NCBI RefSeq assembly: GCF_000008665.1
Contig: NC_000917.1
Span: 2,010,001-2,042,000, forward strand
Origin: Archaeoglobus fulgidus DSM 4304
Lineage (GTDB): Archaea; Halobacteriota; Archaeoglobi; Archaeoglobales; Archaeoglobaceae
Direction: 5' to 3'
Length of the DNA stretch: 32,000 bases
Shown one piece after another: positions 9,628 to 18,005 of the stretch. Below the pieces are notes generated by a model. The model ran no database searches, was not told the origin of the DNA, and saw only the letters and a list, made by a program, of their open reading frames with translations. The translations under genes were made by a program, and so were the position numbers. The stretch's first letter is position 1. Each line of letters starts with the position of its first letter.

Positions 9628-12348
9628 ATGACTCTCGACGAGGAGTATCTGGACATCACGTTTCTAACCGAAAACGGGTTTGTCAGGAAGAGGTGCCCAA
9701 AGTGCGGCAAGCACTTCTGGACAGCTGATCCAGAGAGAGAAATTTGCGGTGACCCTCCATGTGAGAGTTACAGCTTTATCGGTAACCCTGTATTCAAAAA
9801 GCCCTTCGAGCTTGACGAGATGAGGGAGTATTACCTTAACTTTTTTGAAAGGAGGGGACATGGCAGAATTGAGCGCTATCCTGTAGTTGCAAGGTGGAGG
9901 ACTGACATCTACCTCACCATTGCCTCAATTGCCGATTTCCAGCCCTTCGTAACCTCAGGCGTCGCTCCACCACCCGCTAACCCCCTCACAATCTCACAGC
10001 CCTGCATCAGGCTTGACGACCTGGACAGCGTGGGCAGAACGGGAAGGCATCTTACGCTTTTCGAGATGATGGCTCATCATGCGTTCAACTATCCCGGAAA
10101 GGAAATCTACTGGAAGAACGAGACCGTTGCTTACTGCACTGAGCTCCTCAATGAGCTCGGTGTGAAGAAGGAAGACATTGTTTACAAGGAGGAGCCGTGG
10201 GCGGGTGGGGGTAATGCTGGCCCCTGTCTTGAGGCAATTGTTGGTGGTCTTGAGGTTGCCACGCTGGTTTTCATGAACCTTGAGGAGCATCCTGAGGGAG
10301 ATATAGAGATAAAGGGAGCGAGATACAGAAAAATGGACAACTACATCGTTGATACTGGCTACGGTCTTGAAAGGTTCGTGTGGGCGAGCAAAGGCACGCC
10401 AACAGTTTACGACGCAATCTTCCCCGAGGTTGTTGACACAATTATCGACAACAGCAACGTTAGCTTCAACAGGGAGGATGAGAGGGTAAGAAGAATCGTG
10501 GCTGAAAGCTCAAAGCTTGCGGGAATAATGGGAGAGCTAAGGGGGGAGAGGTTAAATCAGCTCAGAAAAAGCGTTGCTGACACCGTAGGAGTTAGCGTTG
10601 AGGAGCTTGAGGGCATCGTTGTCCCTCTCGAGAAGGTCTATTCTCTCGCCGACCACACGAGGTGCATTCTCTTCATGCTCGGTGACGGGCTGGTTCCTTC
10701 AAACGCAGGTGCCGGTTATCTGGCGAGGCTCATGATAAGGAGAAGTCTCAGGCTCGCCGAGGAGCTTGAGCTCGGTCTTGATTTGTACGACTTGGTTGAA
10801 ATGCACAAGAAAATACTCGGCTTCGAGTTCGATGTGCCCTTATCAACTGTACAGGAGATTCTAGAGCTTGAGAAGGAAAGGTACAGGACGACGGTCTCAA
10901 AGGGAACCCGACTTGTTGAAAGGCTCGTTGAGAGGAAGAAGAAGCTTGAGAAGGATGATTTAATCGAGCTATACGACTCGCACGGCATCCCCGTTGAGCT
11001 TGCGGTTGGCATTGCCGCTGAAAAGGGTGCTGAGGTTGAAATGCCAAAGGATATCTACGCTGAGCTGGCAAAGAGGCACTCAAAGGCCGAAAAGGTTCAG
11101 GAAAAGAAGATAACCCTTCAGAATGAGTATCCCGCCACTGAAAAGCTGTACTACGACGACCCAACTCTTCTGGAGTTTGAGGCTGAAGTCATAGGCGTTG
11201 AGGGCGACTTTGTGATACTCAACAGGAGCGCCTTCTACCCTGAGAGCGGTGGGCAGGACAACGACGTGGGTTATCTTATCGCTAACGGAGGCAAATTTGA
11301 GGTTGTTGACGTCTTGGAAGCTGACGGAGTGGTGCTCCACGTGGTGAAGGGGGCGAAGCCTGAAGTCGGGACGAAGGTTAAGGGCGTTATAGACTCAGAC
11401 GTGAGATGGAGGCACATGCGCCATCACTCCGCTACTCACGTCCTGCTCTACTCTCTCCAGAAGGTTCTGGGCAATCACGTCTGGCAGGCCGGAGCGAGGA
11501 AGGAGTTCAGCAAGGCGAGGCTTGACGTCACACACTTCCGCAGACCGAGCGAGGAGGAAATAAAGGAGATTGAGATGCTCGCCAACAGGGAAATTCTGGC
11601 GAACAAGCCTATAAAATGGGAATGGATGGACAGAATCGAGGCTGAGAGGAAATTTGGCTTCAGGCTTTATCAGGGAGGAGTCCCGCCAGGCAGGAAGATA
11701 AGGGTCGTGCAGGTTGGAGACGATGTCCAGGCCTGCGGTGGTACCCACTGCCGCTCCACCGGGGAGATTGGGATGCTGAAAATCCTGAAGGTGGAGTCAA
11801 TACAGGACGGAGTGATTAGGTTCGAGTTTGCTGCCGGGGAAGCTGCAATTGAGGCCGTTGAGGAGATGGAAAGGCTGCTGAGGGAGGCGAGTTCAATTCT
11901 CAGAGTGGAGCCAGCAAAGCTGCCGAAAACTGTGGAGAGGTTCTTCGAGGAGTGGAAGGATCAGAGGAAAGAGATTGAGAGGCTAAAGTCTGTTATAGCG
12001 GATCTGTGGGCGGACATTCTGATGGAGAGGGCTGAGGAGTTCGATTCGATGAAGGTTGTCGCGGAAGTTGTCGATGCGGACATGCAGGCGCTTCAGAAGT
12101 TAGCGGAGAGGCTGGCTGAGAAGGGGGCTGTGGGCTGCTTGATGGCGAAGGGAGAGGGCAAGGTTTTCGTTGTCACTTTCAGCGGGCAAAAGTACGATGC
12201 GAGGGAGCTACTCAGGGAAATTGGCAGGGTGGCAAAGGGTAGCGGTGGAGGAAGAAAGGATGTTGCTCAGGGTGCTGTGCAGCAGCTTCTCGACAGGGAA
12301 GAGATGCTGGACGTGATATTCCGCTTCCTTTCAGAGCATGAGGGTTGA
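9628..12348 (+). CDS. alaS: Alanyl-tRNA synthetase
   Basis: 906 aa archaeal-type AlaRS: MTLDEEYLDITFLTENGFVRKRCPKCGKHFWTAD...FQPFVTSGVAPPPANPLTISQPCIRLDDLDSVGRTGRHLTLFEMMAHHAF...HSATHVLLYSLQKVLG...GDDVQACGGTHC. TATA-like GATATAAA about 30 nt upstream. Confidence 0.98.
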   Translation: MTLDEEYLDITFLTENGFVRKRCPKCGKHFWTADPEREICGDPPCESYSFIGNPVFKKPFELDEMREYYLNFFERRGHGRIERYPVVARWRTDIYLTIASIADFQPFVTSGVAPPPANPLTISQPCIRLDDLDSVGRTGRHLTLFEMMAHHAFNYPGKEIYWKNETVAYCTELLNELGVKKEDIVYKEEPWAGGGNAGPCLEAIVGGLEVATLVFMNLEEHPEGDIEIKGARYRKMDNYIVDTGYGLERFVWASKGTPTVYDAIFPEVVDTIIDNSNVSFNREDERVRRIVAESSKLAGIMGELRGERLNQLRKSVADTVGVSVEELEGIVVPLEKVYSLADHTRCILFMLGDGLVPSNAGAGYLARLMIRRSLRLAEELELGLDLYDLVEMHKKILGFEFDVPLSTVQEILELEKERYRTTVSKGTRLVERLVERKKKLEKDDLIELYDSHGIPVELAVGIAAEKGAEVEMPKDIYAELAKRHSKAEKVQEKKITLQNEYPATEKLYYDDPTLLEFEAEVIGVEGDFVILNRSAFYPESGGQDNDVGYLIANGGKFEVVDVLEADGVVLHVVKGAKPEVGTKVKGVIDSDVRWRHMRHHSATHVLLYSLQKVLGNHVWQAGARKEFSKARLDVTHFRRPSEEEIKEIEMLANREILANKPIKWEWMDRIEAERKFGFRLYQGGVPPGRKIRVVQVGDDVQACGGTHCRSTGEIGMLKILKVESIQDGVIRFEFAAGEAAIEAVEEMERLLREASSILRVEPAKLPKTVERFFEEWKDQRKEIERLKSVIADLWADILMERAEEFDSMKVVAEVVDADMQALQKLAERLAEKGAVGCLMAKGEGKVFVVTFSGQKYDARELLREIGRVAKGSGGGRKDVAQGAVQQLLDREEMLDVIFRFLSEHEG

Positions 12349-13087
12349 AGTTTTTCCCGTTGAAGGGCTGCCTCTGATTAAGGAGGGCGACGACCTGGCG
12401 GAGCTAATTTCAAGCAGGGTTAGATTCGAGGACGGAGATGTGCTGGTAGTTTGCTCCACAGTTATTTCGAAGGCAGAGGGGAGAATCAGGAGATTAGAGG
12501 AATTCAATCCGTCGGAAAGGGCGAAGGAGATAGCAGCCAGGATAGGGAAACCGGCAGAGTTTGTCCAGGCCGTGCTGGAGGAGAGCGAGGAAGTTCTTCT
12601 CGATTTTCCCTTTTTGCTCGTCAAGGCAAAATTTGGAAACGTTTGCGTCAATGCAGGCATCGATGCATCGAACGTGGAGGAGGGGAGCCTTCTTCTACCA
12701 CCACTCGATCCCGATGGAAGCGCCGAGAAGCTCAGGAGAAGGATTTTGGAGCTGACGGGCAAGAGAGTCGGGGTTATAATCACCGACACGAACGGAAGGT
12801 GCTTCAGGAGGGGAGTGGTTGGATTCGCCATCGGCATCTCTGGTGTGAAGGCCATGAAAGACTGGATAGGGCGGAAAGACCTTTACGGAAGGGAGCTTGA
12901 GGTTACGGTAGAGTGTGTCGCGGACGAGATAGCTGCCTTTGCCAACCTGCTTATGGGGGAGGGCGGGGACGGAATTCCAGCAGTTGTTGTAAGGGGACTT
13001 AACGTGGCTGGAGAGGGGAGCATGGAAGAGATTTACCGCAGCGAGGAAGAGGATGTTATAAGAAGATGCCTGAAAAGGTGCTTGTAG
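12338..13087 (+). CDS. cofE: Coenzyme F420-0:L-glutamate ligase
   Basis: 249 aa: MRVEVFPVEGLPLIKEGDDLAELI...VVCSTVISKAEGR...IITDTNGRCFRRGVVGFAIGISGVKAMKDWIGRKDLYGRELEVTVECVADEIAAFANLLMGEG. Overlaps the alaS end by 11 nt. Confidence 0.95.
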   Translation: MRVEVFPVEGLPLIKEGDDLAELISSRVRFEDGDVLVVCSTVISKAEGRIRRLEEFNPSERAKEIAARIGKPAEFVQAVLEESEEVLLDFPFLLVKAKFGNVCVNAGIDASNVEEGSLLLPPLDPDGSAEKLRRRILELTGKRVGVIITDTNGRCFRRGVVGFAIGISGVKAMKDWIGRKDLYGRELEVTVECVADEIAAFANLLMGEGGDGIPAVVVRGLNVAGEGSMEEIYRSEEEDVIRRCLKRCL

Positions 13088-14112
13088 CGGGGAACAACGT
13101 AAGGAACGTTGCAGAGTCCGCATCAAAGGCCGGTTTTGAGGTTTTTGCCATAACGAAGTTTGTGGATGCTGATTTGAGAATTTACTGCAGGGAAGTGGAA
13201 AGGGTTGACGACTCTCTGCCAGAAAAAGAGATTGCTAAGAAAATAGAGGATAAAGCGGAGGAAATTGATGCGAAAGTTGTACTTTGCTCTGGATTTGAAA
13301 CTCTCAGAGTGAGAGGGGAATTGCTTTGCAATCCTTACGGGAAGGTTGAGAGGGTAGCGAACAAGCTGAAATTTTACAGGGAGCTTGAAAAGGCTGGCTT
13401 ACCTTTTCCCGAGCTTCTTGGGGAAGGGGAGAGGGGCATAATCAAGCCGGTCGTCGGAGGAGGGGGAGAAGAGGTAGTGATGGGAGAGGAGGTACCGAAG
13501 GGCTTTCTGAAGCAGAGGTTTGTCAGCGGAACGCCTTGCAGCGTTTCAGTTATAGCAAATGGCGAGAGAGCTTTACCATTAGCGTGCAATTTAATTTACG
13601 CAGGCTGGAAGGAGATGAACGCCTCTGGATTCAGGTATTCTGGCAACATGACTCCCTTTATCGTGGAAGAAGAAATCAGGAAAGAGCTTGAAAGGCTTGC
13701 AGTTGAGGCTGTTGAGCTTTTTGGCTTAGCTGGGTCAGTTGGGGTGGACTTTGTTCTGGCTGAAAAGCCATACATTCTCGAAATCAACCCGAGGTTTCAG
13801 GGCTCCCTGGACAGCGTGGAGTGGAGCTGCGACGTTAACCTCTTCAAAATGCATGCTGAAGCTTTCGACGGAAGGCTGCCTGAAAGGGTGAGACCTCGCA
13901 GGTATGCCCTGAGAGCCATCCTTTTCTCTCCGAGGGATGTTGAAATAAAGGAGAATCTTGCGGGAAATCCCTTTTACGCTGACGTGCCTGGGAAAGGGGA
14001 AAGGTACGGGAAAAATGACCCTCTCGTTTCGATTCTTGCAGCGGGAAAAAGCAGAGAAGATGTTGAAAGAAGGGTTCTGGAAAGAAGGGATTTGTTTTTG
14101 AGCTTGGCCTAA
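13066..14112 (+). CDS. ATP-grasp superfamily carboligase/ligase of unknown substrate
   Basis: 348 aa: N-terminal VLVAGNNVRNVAESASKAGFEVFAITKFVDADLR; GIIKPVVGGGGEEV; FLKQRFVSGTPCSVSVIANG; GSVGVDFVLAEKPYILEINPRFQGSLDSVEW. Overlaps cofE by 22 nt. Confidence 0.85.
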   Translation: MPEKVLVAGNNVRNVAESASKAGFEVFAITKFVDADLRIYCREVERVDDSLPEKEIAKKIEDKAEEIDAKVVLCSGFETLRVRGELLCNPYGKVERVANKLKFYRELEKAGLPFPELLGEGERGIIKPVVGGGGEEVVMGEEVPKGFLKQRFVSGTPCSVSVIANGERALPLACNLIYAGWKEMNASGFRYSGNMTPFIVEEEIRKELERLAVEAVELFGLAGSVGVDFVLAEKPYILEINPRFQGSLDSVEWSCDVNLFKMHAEAFDGRLPERVRPRRYALRAILFSPRDVEIKENLAGNPFYADVPGKGERYGKNDPLVSILAAGKSREDVERRVLERRDLFLSLA

Positions 14113-14321
14113 ATTCTGGCCTTCGAATTTCGATTGTTGAGAGCAAAATTTGCTCGGAGCCGATTTCTGCGTCCTCATCCTCAAGATATAGCTCAGTGGC
14201 TCTCTGAGGTTGTTTATGGCCTCTTCAACGCTTTCTCCCTGACTGGCGATGTCCAGTTCAGGGCACCGGCTTTAGTTAAGAGTTTGACTATCTTTTCTCC
14301 GGATGTGATGGGGAGTTTCAT
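14113..14321 (-). pseudogene. Collapsed hicA/hicB toxin-antitoxin remnant
   Basis: Minus strand: MKLPITSGEKIVKLLTKAG (HicA N-terminus-like) abuts CPELDIASQGESVEEAINNLRE(frameshift)ATELYLEDEDAEIGSEQILLSTIEIRRPEF (HicB-like). Confidence 0.68.
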
Positions 14322-14504
14322 AATAATTGAGTTTTAGTACGCAAATTTAGTTTTACCAAAGACAGTATAGATTAAAGAAAAGAATATAAAATTGTTAAAA
14401 TGTCAAAAACCTAGTGCAATGTGAGAGCAATCTCAGTGGACGGAGAGGCAGCAATCAGGCAGTATCTGGCGGTTTTGAAAAAAGAATACAGCTGGTTTTC
14501 CTGA

Positions 14505-14579
14505 TGGGCCCGGAGGGATTCGAACCCTCGACCGCCCGGTTATGAGCCGGGCGCTCTGACCTGGCTAAGCTACGGGCCC
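14505..14579 (-). tRNA. tRNA with CAT anticodon, probable tRNA-Ile2 (AUA-decoding, agmatidine) rather than Met
   Basis: Cloverleaf on minus: GGGCCCG TA ... anticodon arm CCCGG-CTCATAA-CCGGG, T-arm GAGGG-TTCGAAT-CCCTC, CGGGCCC + A discriminator, no CCA. GGGCC-start acceptor resembles archaeal tRNA-Ile. Confidence 0.93.
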
Positions 14580-14631
14580 TCTGGGTAAATTTAGTTTTGA
14601 GTATATTTGTTTTTTGCTTCGATGTATGAGG

Positions 14632-16143
14632 CTATGCAACAACGCCTTTTCTCGCCGCTCTCGCCCTTCTCACATGCTCATCCCCATGCAGAAACAGCGC
14701 TATAATCAGCGAGGTCAGGATTGGAAAGACTATCATCGTGCTGAAAACGAAATGCATGCTGTCAACGAACCCCTCAACCATTTCGACCAGCGGTGCGGGA
14801 TTGTATTTAGCGTATTCAATGAGTATTTTCATTGTGCCCGGATCAGGAATCTGATTGGCATAGCCGGGAATCCAGTCGCTCATTCTCGTCGTCAGAAGCA
14901 CTCCACCAACAGCAATGCCCATAGCCTGACCGAGGGTGTTTACCGACCTTACTGTTCCGTTGGCCATTCCCACTTTCTCTAAAGGAACCGATGAGAGAAT
15001 GACGTTAAAAGAAGGAGACATGAGCATACCCATTCCTATGCCCATAGGGGCTATTTTGGCGAAGAAATCCCAGTATTTGATATCGACATCAATCGACGTG
15101 ATATTAATAAGCCCGATTGCGAAAAACAAAGGCCCCAGACTCATCAGGTATTTCGGGTTCATCCTGTCGCTGAGCCTTCCGGCAACGGGGGCTACGAAGG
15201 TGTTCATAATCGGGATTGCCACAAGCCAGTAGCCAGCCTCCTCTGCACTCAAAAACTTCAAGCCCTGCAGGAAGTACGGAAAAACGAACAAACTCGCTGA
15301 AACCCCAAAGAAAAGTATTGCTGTAGCTACGACACCAACTGAGAAGTTCCTGATCTTAAATAGGCTCAAATCAAGCATTGGGTAGGGAGTCCTCAGCTCC
15401 CACAGTGAAAAGGCAAGCAGATATGGGAGGGCGATTATAAAGCAGGAGAGCGTTTTTTCATCCCACCACCCCCAGTTCTGACCCTCTATGATGCCGAGGG
15501 TCAAAGCTCCCAATCCGATTGACAGAAGCACAGCACCAACCCAGTCAATTGGAACTTTTTCCCTACCACCAAGCGGCGGGAGGGTGAACCATGCTGCAGC
15601 AATTGCCACAATTCCGATTGGTATGTTGATGTAAAACACCCAGTGCCAGCTCAAGTGAGTTGTAAGCCATCCGCCGATAATCGGGCCGAGCGTGAAGCTG
15701 GATGCGGTGAGAATTGCATTCAGACCCATTACCTCTCCTCTCCTACCGGGCGGGAAAAGCTCGGCAGCTATTGCAAGGACATTTCCACTAAGTATTGTGC
15801 CCCCTATAGCCTGCAAAGTTCTGAAGGCGATCATCGATTGAGTGTTCCAAGACTGCGCGCAGAGAAAGCTACCGAGAACGAAGATAACCATTCCCAAGAT
15901 GAAAAACCTGTCCCTCCTCACCATGTCACCGATTCTTCCAGCAAGAACGAGCAATACGACCATTGTCAGCGTGTAGGCGTTCATGATCCACTGCAAATCG
16001 GACATCTTAGCCCCGAAGTCCTCTGCTATCCTTGGTAGGGCGACGTTCAGAACGCTGACGTCAAGAAGAACCATAAAAAGTCCCGCGCTCACTGGAAGAA
16101 AGGCTATCCACGCCTTTAAGACGCTCTGGTCATCATCGCTCAT
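14632..16143 (-). CDS. MFS multidrug/EmrB-QacA family transporter
   Basis: 503 aa: FMVLLDVSVLNVALPRIAEDFGAKMSDLQWIMNAYTLTMVVLLVLAGRIGDMVRRDRFF...GPIIGGWLTTHLSWHWVFYINIPIG. Confidence 0.95.
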   Translation of the reverse strand: MSDDDQSVLKAWIAFLPVSAGLFMVLLDVSVLNVALPRIAEDFGAKMSDLQWIMNAYTLTMVVLLVLAGRIGDMVRRDRFFILGMVIFVLGSFLCAQSWNTQSMIAFRTLQAIGGTILSGNVLAIAAELFPPGRRGEVMGLNAILTASSFTLGPIIGGWLTTHLSWHWVFYINIPIGIVAIAAAWFTLPPLGGREKVPIDWVGAVLLSIGLGALTLGIIEGQNWGWWDEKTLSCFIIALPYLLAFSLWELRTPYPMLDLSLFKIRNFSVGVVATAILFFGVSASLFVFPYFLQGLKFLSAEEAGYWLVAIPIMNTFVAPVAGRLSDRMNPKYLMSLGPLFFAIGLINITSIDVDIKYWDFFAKIAPMGIGMGMLMSPSFNVILSSVPLEKVGMANGTVRSVNTLGQAMGIAVGGVLLTTRMSDWIPGYANQIPDPGTMKILIEYAKYNPAPLVEMVEGFVDSMHFVFSTMIVFPILTSLIIALFLHGDEHVRRARAARKGVVA

Positions 16144-16174
16144 CGAAACTCCTCAACTCTCCATTATTAAAAAG

Positions 16175-17437
16175 TTATCTGAAAATGTGCCTGCCTTCCA
16201 CGTTCATTCTGATTAGCGGCTTGGAAAGGTGCCTTCTGGCAGACGGCGGAACCTCATAAAACCCTGGCTGAAGCTCCCTCTCCACTTTTTCCCTTAGCTT
16301 TTCATCTGCCTTAGTTCTGCACTTTTTGCATCTGAATCCCTGCCCTCTTCCTGCGGACTCCATTCTCCTCCCGCAGCTCGGACAGATTGGATTCTTCTCA
16401 ACCCAAATTTCCGCGAGCTCAACGATTTGTATCTTTTCAAGGTTTATCGTGTCTTTTTTCATCGAGCCGTAAACTTCAACAACATCCCCCTTTCTGAGCA
16501 GCCTTATCACGTTTCTGAACTGCTTCGTCGGCTCGAAGGCGGCGCACTTAACGCTGCCGAATTTCGTGTCAATCTCGAAAAAGACGTGCCCCCCCTCAAT
16601 GTCGTACGGCTCCAAAGTAACTCTCCCCCTCAACCTGTAGGAGCGGTAGTTTTCCAGCCTGTGAACTTCTTCCTCCCCAATAAGGTGCATGTCGGTTGCG
16701 TGGTTAGTAACGAAAATCATTCTCCTATCCACGGGCTCAGTTTTTACGCTCTCCATGGCCTTGTACAGAGCCTCGACACTCTCGCCCCTGATTCCGTAAA
16801 GCACCGGACAGGGTGTGTTAGGGATGCAGACTACAACATCATTGCACCAGTCAACGTTGTCGAAGGTCTGGGGATAGAGCTCGTAGTCCATGTCGAAAAA
16901 GCTCTCCTCGTCGTACTCCCTTTCCGTCCCGAATCTCTCTGGATACCTGTAGGCTATTAGCTCCAACGTAAAGTCTTCAAGCTCCGCACCAACGGCGGCA
17001 AGGGCTCCGATGAGACCCCTTCCCTTTTTGTGCCTTAAATGGGGGATGAAGTACTTCCCGATGACGAAGAGGGCCTCATCAATCTGCAAAACGTCTTTAA
17101 TGGCTTTGTCCGCAAAGGGTTTAAGCTTGACCGCAAGCTCCTCATCAACAAAAACGGCCCCGGGGTTCGTCTTCTCATCATCAAGCATTGCATGCTCGAT
17201 TATAACCTCATTCACAACATCAACAAGCTCCCCAACGTCATCAACCTCGACGAGAAAGCTAACAGCCCCATTGCCCCTAGTTTTGTACGGAATTGTCGGA
17301 TTCAATCTTATGAGTCTCGGAAATCCGATTACCTTTCCCAGCTCCCTCTCTACCCTCTCCATTGCAAGCACTGCCAGATAGGTAGTGCACATCCCTCTGC
17401 TGCTGTCCGTGTCGTCAATTCCCACCCAGACTCTCAT
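16175..17437 (-). CDS. tiaS: tRNA(Ile2) 2-agmatinylcytidine synthetase
   Basis: 420 aa: MRVWVGIDDTDSSRGMCTTYLAVLAMERV...RLIRLNPTIPYKTRGNGAV...GIRGES...C-terminal OB-like region and zinc ribbon CPSCGRRMESAGRGQGFRCKKCR. Confidence 0.95.
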   Translation of the reverse strand: MRVWVGIDDTDSSRGMCTTYLAVLAMERVERELGKVIGFPRLIRLNPTIPYKTRGNGAVSFLVEVDDVGELVDVVNEVIIEHAMLDDEKTNPGAVFVDEELAVKLKPFADKAIKDVLQIDEALFVIGKYFIPHLRHKKGRGLIGALAAVGAELEDFTLELIAYRYPERFGTEREYDEESFFDMDYELYPQTFDNVDWCNDVVVCIPNTPCPVLYGIRGESVEALYKAMESVKTEPVDRRMIFVTNHATDMHLIGEEEVHRLENYRSYRLRGRVTLEPYDIEGGHVFFEIDTKFGSVKCAAFEPTKQFRNVIRLLRKGDVVEVYGSMKKDTINLEKIQIVELAEIWVEKNPICPSCGRRMESAGRGQGFRCKKCRTKADEKLREKVERELQPGFYEVPPSARRHLSKPLIRMNVEGRHIFR

Positions 17438-18005
17438 TCAGCCTTGCTACCTTCGCTGCGATATAATCCGATTTCGTTCTTTCTATGCCTCCCCTTGCCA
17501 CATCAAGTTTTTTCCTTAATCCCGAGACGAGTTTATCCGGAAAAGTCGTGAATTCCATCAGGCGCTCGTATATTTTTTCCATCACTTCAAGCATCCTTTC
17601 TGCTGATTTAAAGTCGCCTTCAATCAGCTTTGTAAGCGCGTATCTCCTCAACTCCCCAACTGCATCCGCGAATCCGTTCAGAAATGCTGCGGGCGTTACC
17701 TCAAGGTCAATTTCGAAGGTGAACTCCCCAGATATGGCGTTTTTGAAAGCTATTGCTTCAACAAGCTCCTGCATCGCGTCATTGCACAGGTAGAAGTAAA
17801 TCTCCGGATACTCGCGGTATGCTTTCACCTTCTCAAGCAACTCGATGGCCTTCTTGAGTTCCTGCTCTGCCTCCTCAACCTTTCCGGCGTGAATAAGGGC
17901 AATCGACTTGGTTGAGTGAATTCTCATCTCCCTCAAAACCTTCAGCAGCTCCTCCCTCGCAGCCTCAAGCTCCTCAAGCCTCTTTCTGCATTCCTCGAGC
18001 CTCAT
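17415..18005 (-). CDS. Translin/TRAX family protein (archaeal C3PO-like)
   Basis: 196 aa all-helical: ...REMRIHSTKSIALIHAGKVEEAEQELKKAIELLEKVKAYREYPEIYFYLCNDAMQELVEAIAFKNAI...DLEVTPAAFLNGFADAVGELRRYALTKLIEGDFKSAERMLEVMEKIYERLMEF, translin signature regions. Confidence 0.9.
   Translation of the reverse strand: MRLEECRKRLEELEAAREELLKVLREMRIHSTKSIALIHAGKVEEAEQELKKAIELLEKVKAYREYPEIYFYLCNDAMQELVEAIAFKNAISGEFTFEIDLEVTPAAFLNGFADAVGELRRYALTKLIEGDFKSAERMLEVMEKIYERLMEFTTFPDKLVSGLRKKLDVARGGIERTKSDYIAAKVARLNESLGGN

Noticed and set aside
13735-14184. 149-aa minus-strand ORF (MRMRTQKSAPSKF...) at the end of the ATP-grasp gene
   Set aside because: Most of it is antisense to the ATP-grasp gene, and its N-terminus is an out-of-frame reading of the HicB-like remnant.
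14407-14502. Short plus-strand reading VRAISVDGEAAIRQYLAVLKKEYSWFS*
   Set aside because: Protein-like but only 27 codons with no recognisable family; may be another fragment, not supportable.
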